From contig JBDRCO010000084.1 in NCBI GenBank assembly GCA_043821645.1, positions 1 to 41,426 of the forward strand: DNA of 41,426 nt. Reading direction: 5' to 3'. The stretch's first letter is position 1; every line of letters starts with the position of its first letter. Shown piece after piece: positions 17,774 through 27,537 of the stretch. Below the pieces are notes generated by a model. It had not been told where the DNA came from and ran no database searches. It worked only from the letters and a program-made list of their open reading frames with translations. The translations under genes and the position numbers were made by a program. The DNA comes from Pseudomonadota bacterium. Its GTDB lineage: Bacteria > Myxococcota > JACRCW01 > JAFGSX01.

Positions 17774-19495
17774 TCAATCCGGAAAACACGCGCTGCTGTC
17801 GTCGCTCAGGGCGGTGCAGGTCTCTCCCTCGTCACAGGTCGAGCTGGTGCAGAGTCTGCGGCACACGCCCTCGCTGGCGCCGGAATATTCGACCACGCAC
17901 ACCGCGCTGCGTTCGCACACCGCATCCACCCCACAGCTCTGCCCGACGGCAGCGGTTGCGAGGCACACGGCCAGGTTGGCGTCGAGGGCCACGCAGCTCT
18001 CACCCTGGCTGCAGCTGCCGGTGCAGGTGCGGTAGCACTGCCCCTGGAGGTCACCCTCCTGGTCCAGCAAGCACACGGCTCCGTCCTGGCACAAGGTGGT
18101 GTCATTGCAGGTGGAGCCAGGGCCGACGATGCGCACGCACACGCCGAGTGACCTGGCCAGGTCGTTGTTGTCGTCGAGCTGTACGCAGGTGAGGCCACTG
18201 CCGCATGCGCAGCCCGGGCCCGGGCAGGCCTCGACCGTGCAGCCGGTCAGACAGCGTCCGTCGAGGCAGGCACCCACCACCTCGCCCGGGCAGCCCTCGA
18301 GAGCGGTCAGGTCGCAGGTGCTGCCGCTGCCCTGGTCCATGCAGAACAGGCGGCCGCTCCAGTCGGCGCCGCAGGTCGCGCCGTCGAGGCAGGAGAGCCC
18401 GAGGTCCGTGCAGGTGAGGGCGCAGACTCCGTCGCCACTCGTGAGTTCGGTCTGCAGGCAGGCGAAGGGTTGCTGGCAGTCCCCGTCGCTCGAGCACCCC
18501 TCGCCCTCGAGTCCCCTGCGGCCGGGGCAGAGTCCCGGTTCGGCCCAAATGCTGCGCCACTGTCCACCCTGGCACACCAGGGACGCCGATCCCATGCACA
18601 GCGTCGCCCCCTCGGTGGCGCAGGTCTCGCTCGCCGGCGCGCAGGCCTCACCGAAGCAGCCCGTGTCGCAGCGGCCCACGTTGTGCCACAGCCCGGCCGA
18701 GCAGGTCTGGATCGAGCCGCCGCGGCAGCGCCCGGCGTCGCCATCGAGGGCGGGCTCGCAGTTGCCGTCCGCGCCATAGCAGGTGTCGCCGTAACAGACC
18801 CCACCCTGGCAATCGCTGCTGTCCATGCAGGAGCGACAGCCGGCGCCCGGTGACGGGCTGCCGTGACAGACCGGATCGTGGTCCTGGCACTGACCTTCGA
18901 CGCAGCGGCCAGCCCGGCAGTCCTGATCCCACATGCAGGCCTCGCCCGCCATTCCGTCCTGGGCGCAGCGCTCGTCGAGGCAGATCAGGCCCAGCCGGCA
19001 GCCCTCGGCGCACGCCGCACGGACATGGGCTCCCACGACCAGGCTCAGCACGTAGGGCACGGCGCCCCGCGCCGTCGTCGTCACCTTCAGGCCATAGCTG
19101 CCGTCCAGACTCAGGTCGTCGAGCCACAGCCCGCCCTTGCTCGACGCTGCCAGCACCGAACCATCGGCGGTGACCAGCGCAAGGTCGACCTCGCCCTCGA
19201 TGCGCAGCTCGAGGCCAGACGCACGCGCCGTGAAGCGGTAGACGTCCACCTGGTCGAGCACACCCTGCCTGTCCACCTCGCCAAGTTCGCCGTCGATGAT
19301 GGCCCCCTGGCCCACGCGCACCGCAAGCCGGCCTGCGCTGTCCCAGTCGTCATTGCCGTCGCGATCGATGCGGAGCTGGCGCAGCGCCGGCTCTGCCTCC
19401 GGGGCGGGTGGCGAACCCGGCGCAAGCCCGGGCCACAACTCGCAGCCCGTCAGGAGCACAAGGAAGCTGAAGAAGGTCACGATGTCGCGTCGCAT
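17774..19495 (-). CDS. Cys-rich lipoprotein with N-terminal PPC-like beta domain and many myxobacterial Cys repeats (573 aa)
   Basis: ATG 19495 follows CAGGAG. Lipobox LTGC; DQVDVYRF..G.Y.L.V..Y.L PPC pattern; repeated C..D.DC..G..C units. Confidence 0.8.
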   Translation of the reverse strand: MRRDIVTFFSFLVLLTGCELWPGLAPGSPPAPEAEPALRQLRIDRDGNDDWDSAGRLAVRVGQGAIIDGELGEVDRQGVLDQVDVYRFTARASGLELRIEGEVDLALVTADGSVLAASSKGGLWLDDLSLDGSYGLKVTTTARGAVPYVLSLVVGAHVRAACAEGCRLGLICLDERCAQDGMAGEACMWDQDCRAGRCVEGQCQDHDPVCHGSPSPGAGCRSCMDSSDCQGGVCYGDTCYGADGNCEPALDGDAGRCRGGSIQTCSAGLWHNVGRCDTGCFGEACAPASETCATEGATLCMGSASLVCQGGQWRSIWAEPGLCPGRRGLEGEGCSSDGDCQQPFACLQTELTSGDGVCALTCTDLGLSCLDGATCGADWSGRLFCMDQGSGSTCDLTALEGCPGEVVGACLDGRCLTGCTVEACPGPGCACGSGLTCVQLDDNNDLARSLGVCVRIVGPGSTCNDTTLCQDGAVCLLDQEGDLQGQCYRTCTGSCSQGESCVALDANLAVCLATAAVGQSCGVDAVCERSAVCVVEYSGASEGVCRRLCTSSTCDEGETCTALSDDSSACFPD

Positions 19496-19761
19496 GCAGG
19501 CTCCTGTTCGCTCAGTCCTGCCTGCCCATCGAACGGCCCGGGGGGCTTTGACGGAAAAAAACCGGGAGTTGGCGAAAGAGGTCCCGCTTCCGCGTTCCAG
19601 GGTTCCGGCCGGGCGTCGTTCACTCCAGGTCGAGTGCCAGAGCACGCCCTGCACCTGCGGCTCAGGTGAGTTTTGTGATGCAGACCCTGGAGGGGCAGCA
19701 ATCGCCGGAGCGTGCTGTATTTCGGTGCGCTGTCAGCGCTTTCGGGCTGCTGGAGCCTGGA

Positions 19762-21054
19762 TCAGAATGCGATGTGGACGTGGTCGCGGTGGCCACCGAT
19801 GGCGCCGATCGACTGGCCTCGCTTCCAGCCGCCGACGGGGTCAAAGAAGAGTTCGCGCGGACTCCTGGCCTGCTGCTCGCGGGTGAACTGAGCCATGGCC
19901 GATGCGGGCCCTGCCACGTCGATGGCGCGCCCCTTGTAATGGTTGGAGCTGCGCGTGTGCACGCCGTCGCCGGCGCGCCCCTCGTCGGTCGAGGTGATGC
20001 GCAGGCCGAGCTGGTGAGCGCGGTAGGCCGCCCGGATCAGGTCCGGGGGCATGTCAGGGCGCAGGGGGTTGGCGCCCTTCTTCACGCTCTTGTTGGCCTC
20101 GTTGCACATCTGCACCAGGTCTGCCGGGTAGCCCTGCGGCGGCACGGTCTGACCGACGCGGCCAAACTCGTCGTTGACCAGGCCAGGACCGTTGCTGCGC
20201 GTAGCCTCGCCACCACCCGCCGGGATGCCGTAGCGATCGCGCATGACCTTGTTGGCGGTGCGCTGCTGGACGGCGGGCGCACCCTGGCCGCTGCGTGCCG
20301 AGAGCTGGTTCTCGACGGTGCCGACCGCCTGCTGCAGGCGCTGCGGATCCATGGATTGCAGGGCCTGCGCCAGTTCCAGGATCGCTTGCGCGATCTCCTG
20401 GTGTTCTGGGTTGTTCAGGTCAAGGCCGAGCATGCGGCACAGGTCCTCGGGACCGGCGCCCAGTAGCGCGGCCATCAGTGCGGCGCGGAAGCGGATGATG
20501 TTCTGCTCGAGGCTCCTGGCGAAGTCGCCGGCTCCAGGCCCGTAGGTCTGGTCGAGCTGCTGCGCCTCCGCCGGGGAAATCCCGGCACCATAACCATCGA
20601 GGTCGAGCTGCCGTGGCACGATGGGCGGCTTCTCCCTGGCGTTGATCGCACCGAGGAAGCGCAGCATGTTGGCGCCGTTGGGCAGCTGCTCCGGCGTCGC
20701 CATCAGGCCCCCCGCCGTGTCCAGGGGCGCCGGCTCGTTGAGCAGCCCGGCGGTGGTGCTGTCCACCACCGGCACCGCGGGGCGAAGCGTGTCGATATCG
20801 ACGCCGAAGTCGGCGAAGTGCTGCAGTGCCTCCGCCCCACAGCGCAGCCCGTCGTCGAGCCGCGTCTGCAGCTGCGCACGGATGGCATCCGGGTCGGACT
20901 GCTGCTGCGCCCAGCCCACGAAGCTGGCCGCGGCGCCACCGTCCACGACGTCGAGACCCTCGAGCTCCCCAAACTGCTGAGCCAGATCTCCGCCGAACGC
21001 ATCCGCCACACCCTGCTGTGCGGAGATCCCTGCACCCTGAATTCGAATGGACAT
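19762..21054 (-). CDS. Signal-less protein with C-terminal LAS/Hedgehog-DD-peptidase-fold zinc peptidase domain (430 aa)
   Basis: ATG 21054 follows AGAGGG. C-terminus LRITS...H...SNHYKGRAIDV...HRDHVHIAF carries the HxxxxxxD and HxH zinc ligands. Confidence 0.78.
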   Translation of the reverse strand: MSIRIQGAGISAQQGVADAFGGDLAQQFGELEGLDVVDGGAAASFVGWAQQQSDPDAIRAQLQTRLDDGLRCGAEALQHFADFGVDIDTLRPAVPVVDSTTAGLLNEPAPLDTAGGLMATPEQLPNGANMLRFLGAINAREKPPIVPRQLDLDGYGAGISPAEAQQLDQTYGPGAGDFARSLEQNIIRFRAALMAALLGAGPEDLCRMLGLDLNNPEHQEIAQAILELAQALQSMDPQRLQQAVGTVENQLSARSGQGAPAVQQRTANKVMRDRYGIPAGGGEATRSNGPGLVNDEFGRVGQTVPPQGYPADLVQMCNEANKSVKKGANPLRPDMPPDLIRAAYRAHQLGLRITSTDEGRAGDGVHTRSSNHYKGRAIDVAGPASAMAQFTREQQARSPRELFFDPVGGWKRGQSIGAIGGHRDHVHIAF

Positions 21055-21292
21055 GGCGTCGCCCTCTGTGTGCTGCGATGGTCTCGACTCTACAGGAGTA
21101 TCGGTGAGGGGCACAGTTTGAGCCGCGCCCGTCCCCGCTGTGTGGGGCCTCGCAGACCTCGCTGTCTTTGGGCAAGAGCCAGCGCCTCCGTGACCTCGTC
21201 GGGGTCCTCCCGGCTTTCGGGGCTTGCCACGTGAAGGGTCCGTCGCGTGCGCATGTGGAGGGGTCGGGAGCGTGCGAGCGGAGGTGCGTGAC

Positions 21293-22438
21293 TCAGCCGC
21301 CGTACTGCCAGTGCCAGGGTTCGCGCGGGATGGTGCTGAAACCGTAGCGCCCTGCATTGGCCTGCATCCACGCCTGGGCACGGCTGTTGAGGTCGAGGTC
21401 CACGGCCAGTCCCCAGCCGTGCTTGGAGGTGCCGGGCACTGCAGCCAGGCCGCCATTGCTGTACAGCCCCTTGCGCCGGGCCAGGTCCACCTGCGCGTCG
21501 TAGCTGCGGTAGGAGTCCGTGACACCGATGGTGATGCCCGCGGCAGCGGCGTCGGCCCGCATGCGCTTGAAGGCGTCGGCGGCCGGGGCCCACAGGCGGT
21601 GGCTGCCCACCCCGATGGGGGTCAGAGCACTCGAGGGGATGCGGCCATTGCCGTAGCGCGCCAGGTCGGCGGGCACTCCGCTGCTGTTCACACTGCCGGT
21701 GGCAGGCGGTGGCGACGGGTTGGCGACGGGGCTGGCCAGCTTGCCCCAGGTCTGCGGACCGACCACGCCGTCGACGGCGATGCGCTGGCTGTGCTGGAAA
21801 GCGCGCACGGCGGCAGCGGTGCGAGGACCGAACTTGCCGTCGGCCGGGCCAGGATCGTGGCCCAGTTGCTTGAGCCGGTTCTGCAGGTCGACCACCGCCT
21901 GGCCGCTGGCGCCCTGGCGCAGGGTCGGCTTGGTGTTACCCGCAATCTGTGCCTGCAAGGTGGCCGCGCTGAGACCACCATTCACCACTGGTGCCGTCGC
22001 CGGGGTGTCACTGCGACCGCGGTCGGCATGGCTGGCACCGTTGGCGGCCACGCCCGGGATGGTCAGCTGCTGGCCCGCGTAGATGCGGTTGGGGTCGCGC
22101 ACCTGGGGGTTGGCGTGCTTCAGCGATGCCAGCGAGATGCCATGGGCCTGGGCGATCTTGGCCATCGAGTCGCCGCGCTTGACCGTGTAGCGGCCGTCGC
22201 TGGCGGGCGCCGGGCTGCTGCTTGCCGAGCTCGTCGCGCCACCACCCGGAATGGCCACCAGCTGTCCAGGCATGATGCGGTTGGGGTCGCGGATCTGTGG
22301 ATTGGCCTGGATCAAGGCCTGCAAAGACAGCCCATGCCGGCGGGCGATGGCTGTCAGGCTGTCGCCGCTGCGAACCGTGTAGCCACAGGGGTTTGCGCCG
22401 GTGCTGGTGCTGCTGCGTTGGGTGGCGGTGACGGTCAT
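21293..22438 (-). CDS. LysM-LysM-PG_binding_1-M15B (VanY-like) peptidoglycan peptidase
   Basis: Two YTV..GDS...IA...NPQ..DPNRI..GQ LysM repeats. LRQGASG..V..LQ..L...DG.FGP.T..AV..FQ PGBD. SYRSY..Q, PGTSKHGWGLAVD, EPWHW. RBS AGGAGG. Confidence 0.93.
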   Translation of the reverse strand: MTVTATQRSSTSTGANPCGYTVRSGDSLTAIARRHGLSLQALIQANPQIRDPNRIMPGQLVAIPGGGATSSASSSPAPASDGRYTVKRGDSMAKIAQAHGISLASLKHANPQVRDPNRIYAGQQLTIPGVAANGASHADRGRSDTPATAPVVNGGLSAATLQAQIAGNTKPTLRQGASGQAVVDLQNRLKQLGHDPGPADGKFGPRTAAAVRAFQHSQRIAVDGVVGPQTWGKLASPVANPSPPPATGSVNSSGVPADLARYGNGRIPSSALTPIGVGSHRLWAPAADAFKRMRADAAAAGITIGVTDSYRSYDAQVDLARRKGLYSNGGLAAVPGTSKHGWGLAVDLDLNSRAQAWMQANAGRYGFSTIPREPWHWQYGG

Positions 22439-22721
22439 CCTGGCCTCCTGCGATGGACCCCCTGGGGTTCAGGTAGGGGTATCGGCGCAAAGGTGGGAGA
22501 TGGACCTACGTCAAGCGACCGATGGAATTAAAATAAGCAATATCGAAGAGATACTGATTTGGCCGGAAAAGAAAGGGGTGCCGAGGAGAGTCATGGAGAA
22601 TGCAGGCCGCGATCAGGCGACCTTCAACTCTTGATGGATATCCTCGCGGCAGGCAGGCGCGGCGCCGCCACGACAGTCCCTGGGGCACCAGGCAACAAGC
22701 GCGGGTCGGTGATGAAGCCAG

Positions 22722-23156
22722 CTAGTTGGTGCCCTTGGACATCTCCTTCTTGATCTCGCCGAGCTGCTCCAGCAACTGGTCGTGCACCTGCTCCGACGTC
22801 AGCAGGTACTGCAGCAGGACCTTGTGCACGGGCGTCCAGGCCTTTTCCCTGAGCTCCGTCGCGATCTTGATGACGTCCTTCTCGTGCGCGTCGTGAGCCT
22901 GGATCTCACCCCAGACCGCGGCGATGTCGTCGTGGGTCAGGGTGATGTTCTCCTTGTTCAGGCTGTCGATGATGACCTGCTGCACCCGGTGATGCATCAG
23001 CGAGTCGGCGCGGATGACCTCCATGATGATGCGGATCATCTGGTTGTCGGTCTTCTCGAGGATCAGTGCGGTGTCCTCCATGGCTTGACGCTCGATACTC
23101 TGCCAGCTTCGCAGCGACTTGATCATGTCCTCGACGCGCTGTGGACCCTTGGTCAT
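22722..23156 (-). CDS. Ferritin-like four-helix hypothetical protein
   Basis: Helical protein with E..., DSLMH, HEK and SEQVH spacing resembling rubrerythrin/ferritin-like folds. RBS AAGGAG. Confidence 0.65.
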   Translation of the reverse strand: MTKGPQRVEDMIKSLRSWQSIERQAMEDTALILEKTDNQMIRIIMEVIRADSLMHHRVQQVIIDSLNKENITLTHDDIAAVWGEIQAHDAHEKDVIKIATELREKAWTPVHKVLLQYLLTSEQVHDQLLEQLGEIKKEMSKGTN

Positions 23157-23423
23157 AGCAATTCTCCTTCATGCGTTCGTGGGGTGTGCGCTGGCGGCGA
23201 TCGAGAGCATTCTCGACGCGGGGTTCGAGCGCACGATTGGTTTACATGTAGCGCACTGTGCGAGCAGTGCAAGCAGACCAGCCGACGGAGCTGCCAGAAC
23301 GGGCCCTTTTTTTTCTGGCGATGCTCCTGCGGCAGGCGACGCAGCGTCCGTGTCGGTGGCGTCGTCAGCCCTGCCGTGTTTCATGCCGCGGAGCCCGCCG
23401 GCACTCCGGCGACGCCCGATGGT

Positions 23424-23960
23424 TCAGCCGCGGGGCGCTGCTGTCCAGGTGAGAGCCAGATGCATGCCCTCCTGATCGCCCTCGACGAAGCCCAGCCGGT
23501 GGTAGAGGCGCCGAGCCCTGACGTTGCCAACGAAAACGTGGGCCAGGACAGTCAGGTTCCGGCTGCCTGCGCACTCCAGCACAGCCTGGCAGATGGTACC
23601 GCCCCAGCCCGCGCCGCGCAGATCCGGGATCAGACTGATGTCGACGAGGCGCACGTGCTGTTCGGTCTGAGCGATGACGAGCCGGCCCACCGGCCGTCCG
23701 TGCCGCTCGAGGATCCAGTGCTGAGCGCGAGGAAATGCGCTCCGGTAATGAGCGCGCTGAAGCTGGCTTTGCTGCAGCAGGAGCGGACGTCGCTGCTCTA
23801 CCGAAAGGCCAGGCAACTCCTCCTCGTGGCAGGTCGCATAGAGTGCATCGAAAAAGGCGACATCGTCCTCGCTGGCGCTGCGGTGGGAAAAACCCACCAG
23901 CTTGTCGGCGAGTCCCTCGAAGACCTCGGCCTCGGCCAAGGTCCTATCTGGCCCCTCCAT
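23424..23960 (-). CDS. GNAT family N-acetyltransferase (178 aa)
   Basis: ATG 23960 follows AAGGAG. Q...Q..HY...FP, PVGRL, LVDISL.P..RGAGWG (acetyl-CoA motif A), N..A.RLY.RLGF. Confidence 0.88.
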   Translation of the reverse strand: MEGPDRTLAEAEVFEGLADKLVGFSHRSASEDDVAFFDALYATCHEEELPGLSVEQRRPLLLQQSQLQRAHYRSAFPRAQHWILERHGRPVGRLVIAQTEQHVRLVDISLIPDLRGAGWGGTICQAVLECAGSRNLTVLAHVFVGNVRARRLYHRLGFVEGDQEGMHLALTWTAAPRG

Positions 23961-24084
23961 CTCGACTCCTTGTGCTTGCCGGGGCAGCCACCCTGGACAT
24001 CTCTCACGTTGCAGCCCGGCCCACCCCAATCGGGCCGATCCACCCGAATCTCTCCAAAACCGTGATCAACTACCCGATTTTCAA

Positions 24085-24149
24085 GCGCAATAAGACGGAT
24101 GGCGCAATCCATGTCGCACCTTTGCTCAACGCCCCTTGAGTGTTATGTA
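24085..24149 (+). promoter_or_regulatory. Candidate operator/promoter in the divergent GNAT/collagen intergenic region
   Basis: GCGCAAT direct repeat (24085, 24102) and near-palindrome GGATGGCGCAATCC (24097-24110). TTGCTC-N16-TATGTA with extended TG. Confidence 0.3.
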
Positions 24150-24168
24150 ACCCGCCCAGGAGGCTCCC

Positions 24169-26940
24169 ATGACCTTGTTGCACAAATCGACAAGGCGCCC
24201 TGCTGCGGCGCTGGTGGCGGTGCTATCGATCGCGATGGGCGGCTGCCCCGGAGAAGAGGCCACGGGCGCACCCGGTCCGCAGGGCATTCCTGGCGTGGCG
24301 GGTCCCGCGGGGTCACCCGGCCTGCACTGGCAAGGCACGTGGGAAGCGGGCGATTACCAGCAGGGCGACACCGTCTACCACGAGGGTGGCAGCTTCGTCT
24401 GCATCCTCGACACCACGGCACAGCAGCCACCCACGGACCCCACCTACTGGGAGCCGGTGACGGCCCCTGGCGAGACCGGTCCGGCGGGTCCCGCGGGTCC
24501 GCAAGGTCCCCAGGGGCTTCAGGGTGAGCTCGGCCCGCAGGGCATCCAGGGTGATCCCGGTCCCCAGGGCGTGCAGGGACCCCAGGGTGAGCTGGGTCCG
24601 CAGGGGGTCCAGGGTCCCGCGGGGCCTCAAGGACCACAGGGCCTCGTGGGCGAGCAGGGACCTCAGGGTGAAGTCGGCCCGCAAGGGCTGGTGGGCGAAC
24701 CCGGTCTGGTGTTCCAGGGCGACTGGGCGCTGCAGGACTACGTGGCCAGCGACGTGGTCTTTTACAACGGCAGCACCTACGTCTGCATCCTCGACACGAT
24801 GGCTGCAGAAGATCCCAGCGACAGCACCTACTGGTCACTACTGGCGGCCGAGGGTGCCAAGGGAGCACAGGGCGACATGGGGCCGCAGGGCGAGACAGGC
24901 CCGGTTGGACCGGCTGGCGACATGGGTCCGATGGGCTTGACTGGTGAACCAGGACCCCAGGGCGAGGTCGGTCCGCAGGGTCTTCAGGGCGACATGGGCC
25001 TGCAGGGTCCCCAGGGTGAGATGGGTCCCGAGGGGATTCCGGGCCTCATGGGTCCGCAGGGCCTGGTCGGTCCGCAGGGTCCGCAGGGCAACACAGGTCT
25101 GCAGGGTCCGCAAGGCCTCGTCGGTCCGCAGGGCCTTGTCGGTCCGCAGGGTCCGCAAGGCGACACAGGTTTGCAGGGTCCACAGGGCCTGGTCGGTCCG
25201 CAGGGTCCGCAGGGCGCCATAGGCCCGCAGGGTCTTCAGGGCGACATGGGTCCACAGGGTCCGCAGGGCGATACAGGTCTGGCGGGACCGCAGGGCCTCG
25301 TCGGTCCACAGGGTCCGGTAGGCAATGACGGACCACAGGGTCCCATGGGGCCCGCCGGCCCGCAGGGGCTCACCGGCGACCCCGGTCTGGTCTATCTGGG
25401 CGACTGGATGTTCCGCAACTACCTGGTCAACGACGTGGTCTATTACAACGGTAGCTCCTACGTCTGCGTTCGCGACACTTTCTTTGCCCAAGATCCCAGC
25501 GACGCCGTGTACTGGTCTCTCCTGGTGTCCCAAGGCGCGCAGGGAGCCGCGGGTCCACAGGGACCACAGGGCGTGCCAGGGGCGATGGGACCGGCCGGCG
25601 CGGTGGGGCCAGCGGGGCCGCAGGGTCCGCAAGGCATCCAGGGTGTGGTCGGCCCGATAGGCCCGGTCGGTGGCGTGGGGCCAGCTGGACCGCAGGGCCC
25701 GCAGGGACTGCAGGGTGTGGTCGGTCCGATTGGTCCAGTTGGTGGCGTGGGTCCCGCAGGACCGCAGGGACCGCAGGGCGACCAGGGCCTCAAGGGCGAT
25801 CAGGGTGACGTGGGCCCACAAGGTGTGCAAGGACCGCAGGGCGCCCAGGGCGTACAGGGTGACCAGGGGCTGCAGGGTCCCAAGGGCGACAAGGGTGATC
25901 AGGGCGATCAGGGCCTCTACTTCCAGGGAGCCTGGGTCAGTCGGAATTACTTCATGAACGACGTCGTGACCTTTGACGGCAGCTCCTACATCGCCATCCT
26001 GGATCCCGGGCCGGCCGATCTGCCCACCAATGGCACCTACTGGCTGCCGCTGGCCACGCAGGGCGCCGCGGGCGTGGGGCTGCTCGACGTGCACTTCGGC
26101 GACGGCTCTGCCGGGGCCTACACCGTGTCCACTGACGAAGACTGGTCCGCAGGTGGTCCGGCCAACCAGCAGTTCACGTCTCTGACCATTGCGGCGGGCC
26201 AGACCCTCACCCTGTCGAGTGGCACCATCCTGCGCTGCACCGGTGATCTCGTCGTCAACGGCAGCATCGTGGTGCTGCCCGGTGTGGAGGGCAGAGCGGG
26301 TGCCGCTGCCGACCGCGGGCTTGCTCGCACCGAGGCGCGCGCGCCCAGGGGGAGCATGGCCCTCGATGGTTTCATGGCGCGCCACGTCCTCACCCCGGGT
26401 GCTGTGGCCGGCGGTGCAGGCGACTCGCGCGGCGACTCGGTCGGTGGCGCCGGCGGTGGCGCCCTGTCGCTGCGGGTCAAGGGCAGCATCACCGTGGGTA
26501 ACACGGGCATCATCTCGGCCAGTGGCGGCGACGCGAGCAGCGTGGCCAACTCGCCGGGCGCTGGCGGTGGCGGCGGTGGCCTCATCGTCCTGCTCTCGCG
26601 CACCGGTATCGATAACCAGGGCGCCATTTATGCCATGGGTGGTGACGGCTCCGATGGCGTGGGTTCGGGTGGCGGCGCTGGCGGTGGCGGAGGAGGTGGC
26701 ATCGTGCACCTGCTGGCCCCGGCCGGCACCATCGTCACTGGCACCATCGAGGTGGGCGGAGGCAGCATGGGTACGGCAGCGGGAACCGATTCCGCGGCCG
26801 GAGGTGGCGGCGGCGCGCTTGGCGGCAACGGTGGAGACGGCCAGGAACCGGATCTGGCGGTTCCGACCCCAGCGACAGATGGCGCCTCTGGCCTGCTCCT
26901 GGTCACCAACGCGCCCACACCGGACAGCCTTCTGTTCTAG
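24169..26940 (+). CDS. Collagen-like lipoprotein: Gly-X-Y segments, four CBM5/12-like repeats and a C-terminal polyglycine domain (923 aa)
   Basis: RBS AGGAGG; lipobox MGGC; long GPQ repeats. Four GL.(F/W/Y).G.W....Y...D.V...G..(Y/F)......P.D..YW units start at about 24319, 24703, 25384 and 25912. GGGGGG-hydrophobic strand repeats at the C-terminus. Confidence 0.92.
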   Translation: MTLLHKSTRRPAAALVAVLSIAMGGCPGEEATGAPGPQGIPGVAGPAGSPGLHWQGTWEAGDYQQGDTVYHEGGSFVCILDTTAQQPPTDPTYWEPVTAPGETGPAGPAGPQGPQGLQGELGPQGIQGDPGPQGVQGPQGELGPQGVQGPAGPQGPQGLVGEQGPQGEVGPQGLVGEPGLVFQGDWALQDYVASDVVFYNGSTYVCILDTMAAEDPSDSTYWSLLAAEGAKGAQGDMGPQGETGPVGPAGDMGPMGLTGEPGPQGEVGPQGLQGDMGLQGPQGEMGPEGIPGLMGPQGLVGPQGPQGNTGLQGPQGLVGPQGLVGPQGPQGDTGLQGPQGLVGPQGPQGAIGPQGLQGDMGPQGPQGDTGLAGPQGLVGPQGPVGNDGPQGPMGPAGPQGLTGDPGLVYLGDWMFRNYLVNDVVYYNGSSYVCVRDTFFAQDPSDAVYWSLLVSQGAQGAAGPQGPQGVPGAMGPAGAVGPAGPQGPQGIQGVVGPIGPVGGVGPAGPQGPQGLQGVVGPIGPVGGVGPAGPQGPQGDQGLKGDQGDVGPQGVQGPQGAQGVQGDQGLQGPKGDKGDQGDQGLYFQGAWVSRNYFMNDVVTFDGSSYIAILDPGPADLPTNGTYWLPLATQGAAGVGLLDVHFGDGSAGAYTVSTDEDWSAGGPANQQFTSLTIAAGQTLTLSSGTILRCTGDLVVNGSIVVLPGVEGRAGAAADRGLARTEARAPRGSMALDGFMARHVLTPGAVAGGAGDSRGDSVGGAGGGALSLRVKGSITVGNTGIISASGGDASSVANSPGAGGGGGGLIVLLSRTGIDNQGAIYAMGGDGSDGVGSGGGAGGGGGGGIVHLLAPAGTIVTGTIEVGGGSMGTAAGTDSAAGGGGGALGGNGGDGQEPDLAVPTPATDGASGLLLVTNAPTPDSLLF

Positions 26941-26985
26941 CGAACACCGGCCCCTCGCTGGGCTCACCCGAGGAGAGAGATAGTC

Positions 26986-27495
26986 ATGGAACCCTTCATC
27001 GCACAGATCCTGCTGTTCGCTGGAAACTTCGCCCCTCGCGGCTGGGCATTTTGCGAGGGCCAGCTGTTGCCCATTGCTCAGAACTCCGCCCTGTTCTCCC
27101 TCATCGGTACGACCTACGGTGGCGACGGGCGCACCACCTTTGGGCTACCTGACCTGCGCGGTCGCGTGCCGATCAGCCCAGGCAATGGCCCGGGACTGCC
27201 CGGCTACAACTGGGGGCAGAAGGGTGGCAGCCACACCGAGACACTCACCGTGAACCAGATACCTTCGCACACCCACGCGATCGGGGCGTCGAGCCAGCTG
27301 GCCGACGACAACAACCCGCGGGGTCGGATACCGGGTGTGGCCAGACAGGACGCCTACGCAAGTTCAACAAAGGCTGACGGCAGCATGGCCAGCCCTGGCA
27401 GTGTCGGTGGGAATCAGTCGCACAACAACATGCAGCCCTATCTCGCCATGTACTACATCATTGCGCTGCAGGGCATCTTCCCCTCGCGGAGCTGA
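26986..27495 (+). CDS. Phage tail-collar domain protein (microcystin-dependent protein, MdpB-like)
   Basis: MEPFIAQILLFAGNFAPRGWAFCEGQLLPIAQNSALFSLIGTTYGGDGRTTFGLPDLRGR; IPSHTH; HNNMQPYL..YYIIALQGIFPSR. Confidence 0.93.
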   Translation: MEPFIAQILLFAGNFAPRGWAFCEGQLLPIAQNSALFSLIGTTYGGDGRTTFGLPDLRGRVPISPGNGPGLPGYNWGQKGGSHTETLTVNQIPSHTHAIGASSQLADDNNPRGRIPGVARQDAYASSTKADGSMASPGSVGGNQSHNNMQPYLAMYYIIALQGIFPSRS

Positions 27496-27537
27496 TCTCG
27501 AATGGTGGCACACGGGCCTGGGGTCGACGAGGTGGGC

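Noticed and set aside
19762-21525. 587-aa ORF as listed
   Set aside because: Its N-terminal 157 codons overlap the M15B gene and intergenic DNA. ATG 21054 has an SD and begins protein-like sequence.
24480-25910. CRISPR-like or non-coding repeat array
   Set aside because: The 9-nt periodicity is explained by Gly-X-Y codons; there are no unique spacers or cas genes.
19762-27495. Prophage or contractile injection system
   Set aside because: Only a tail-collar gene and wall peptidases are present; no capsid, terminase, sheath, tube, baseplate, holin or integrase was recognised.
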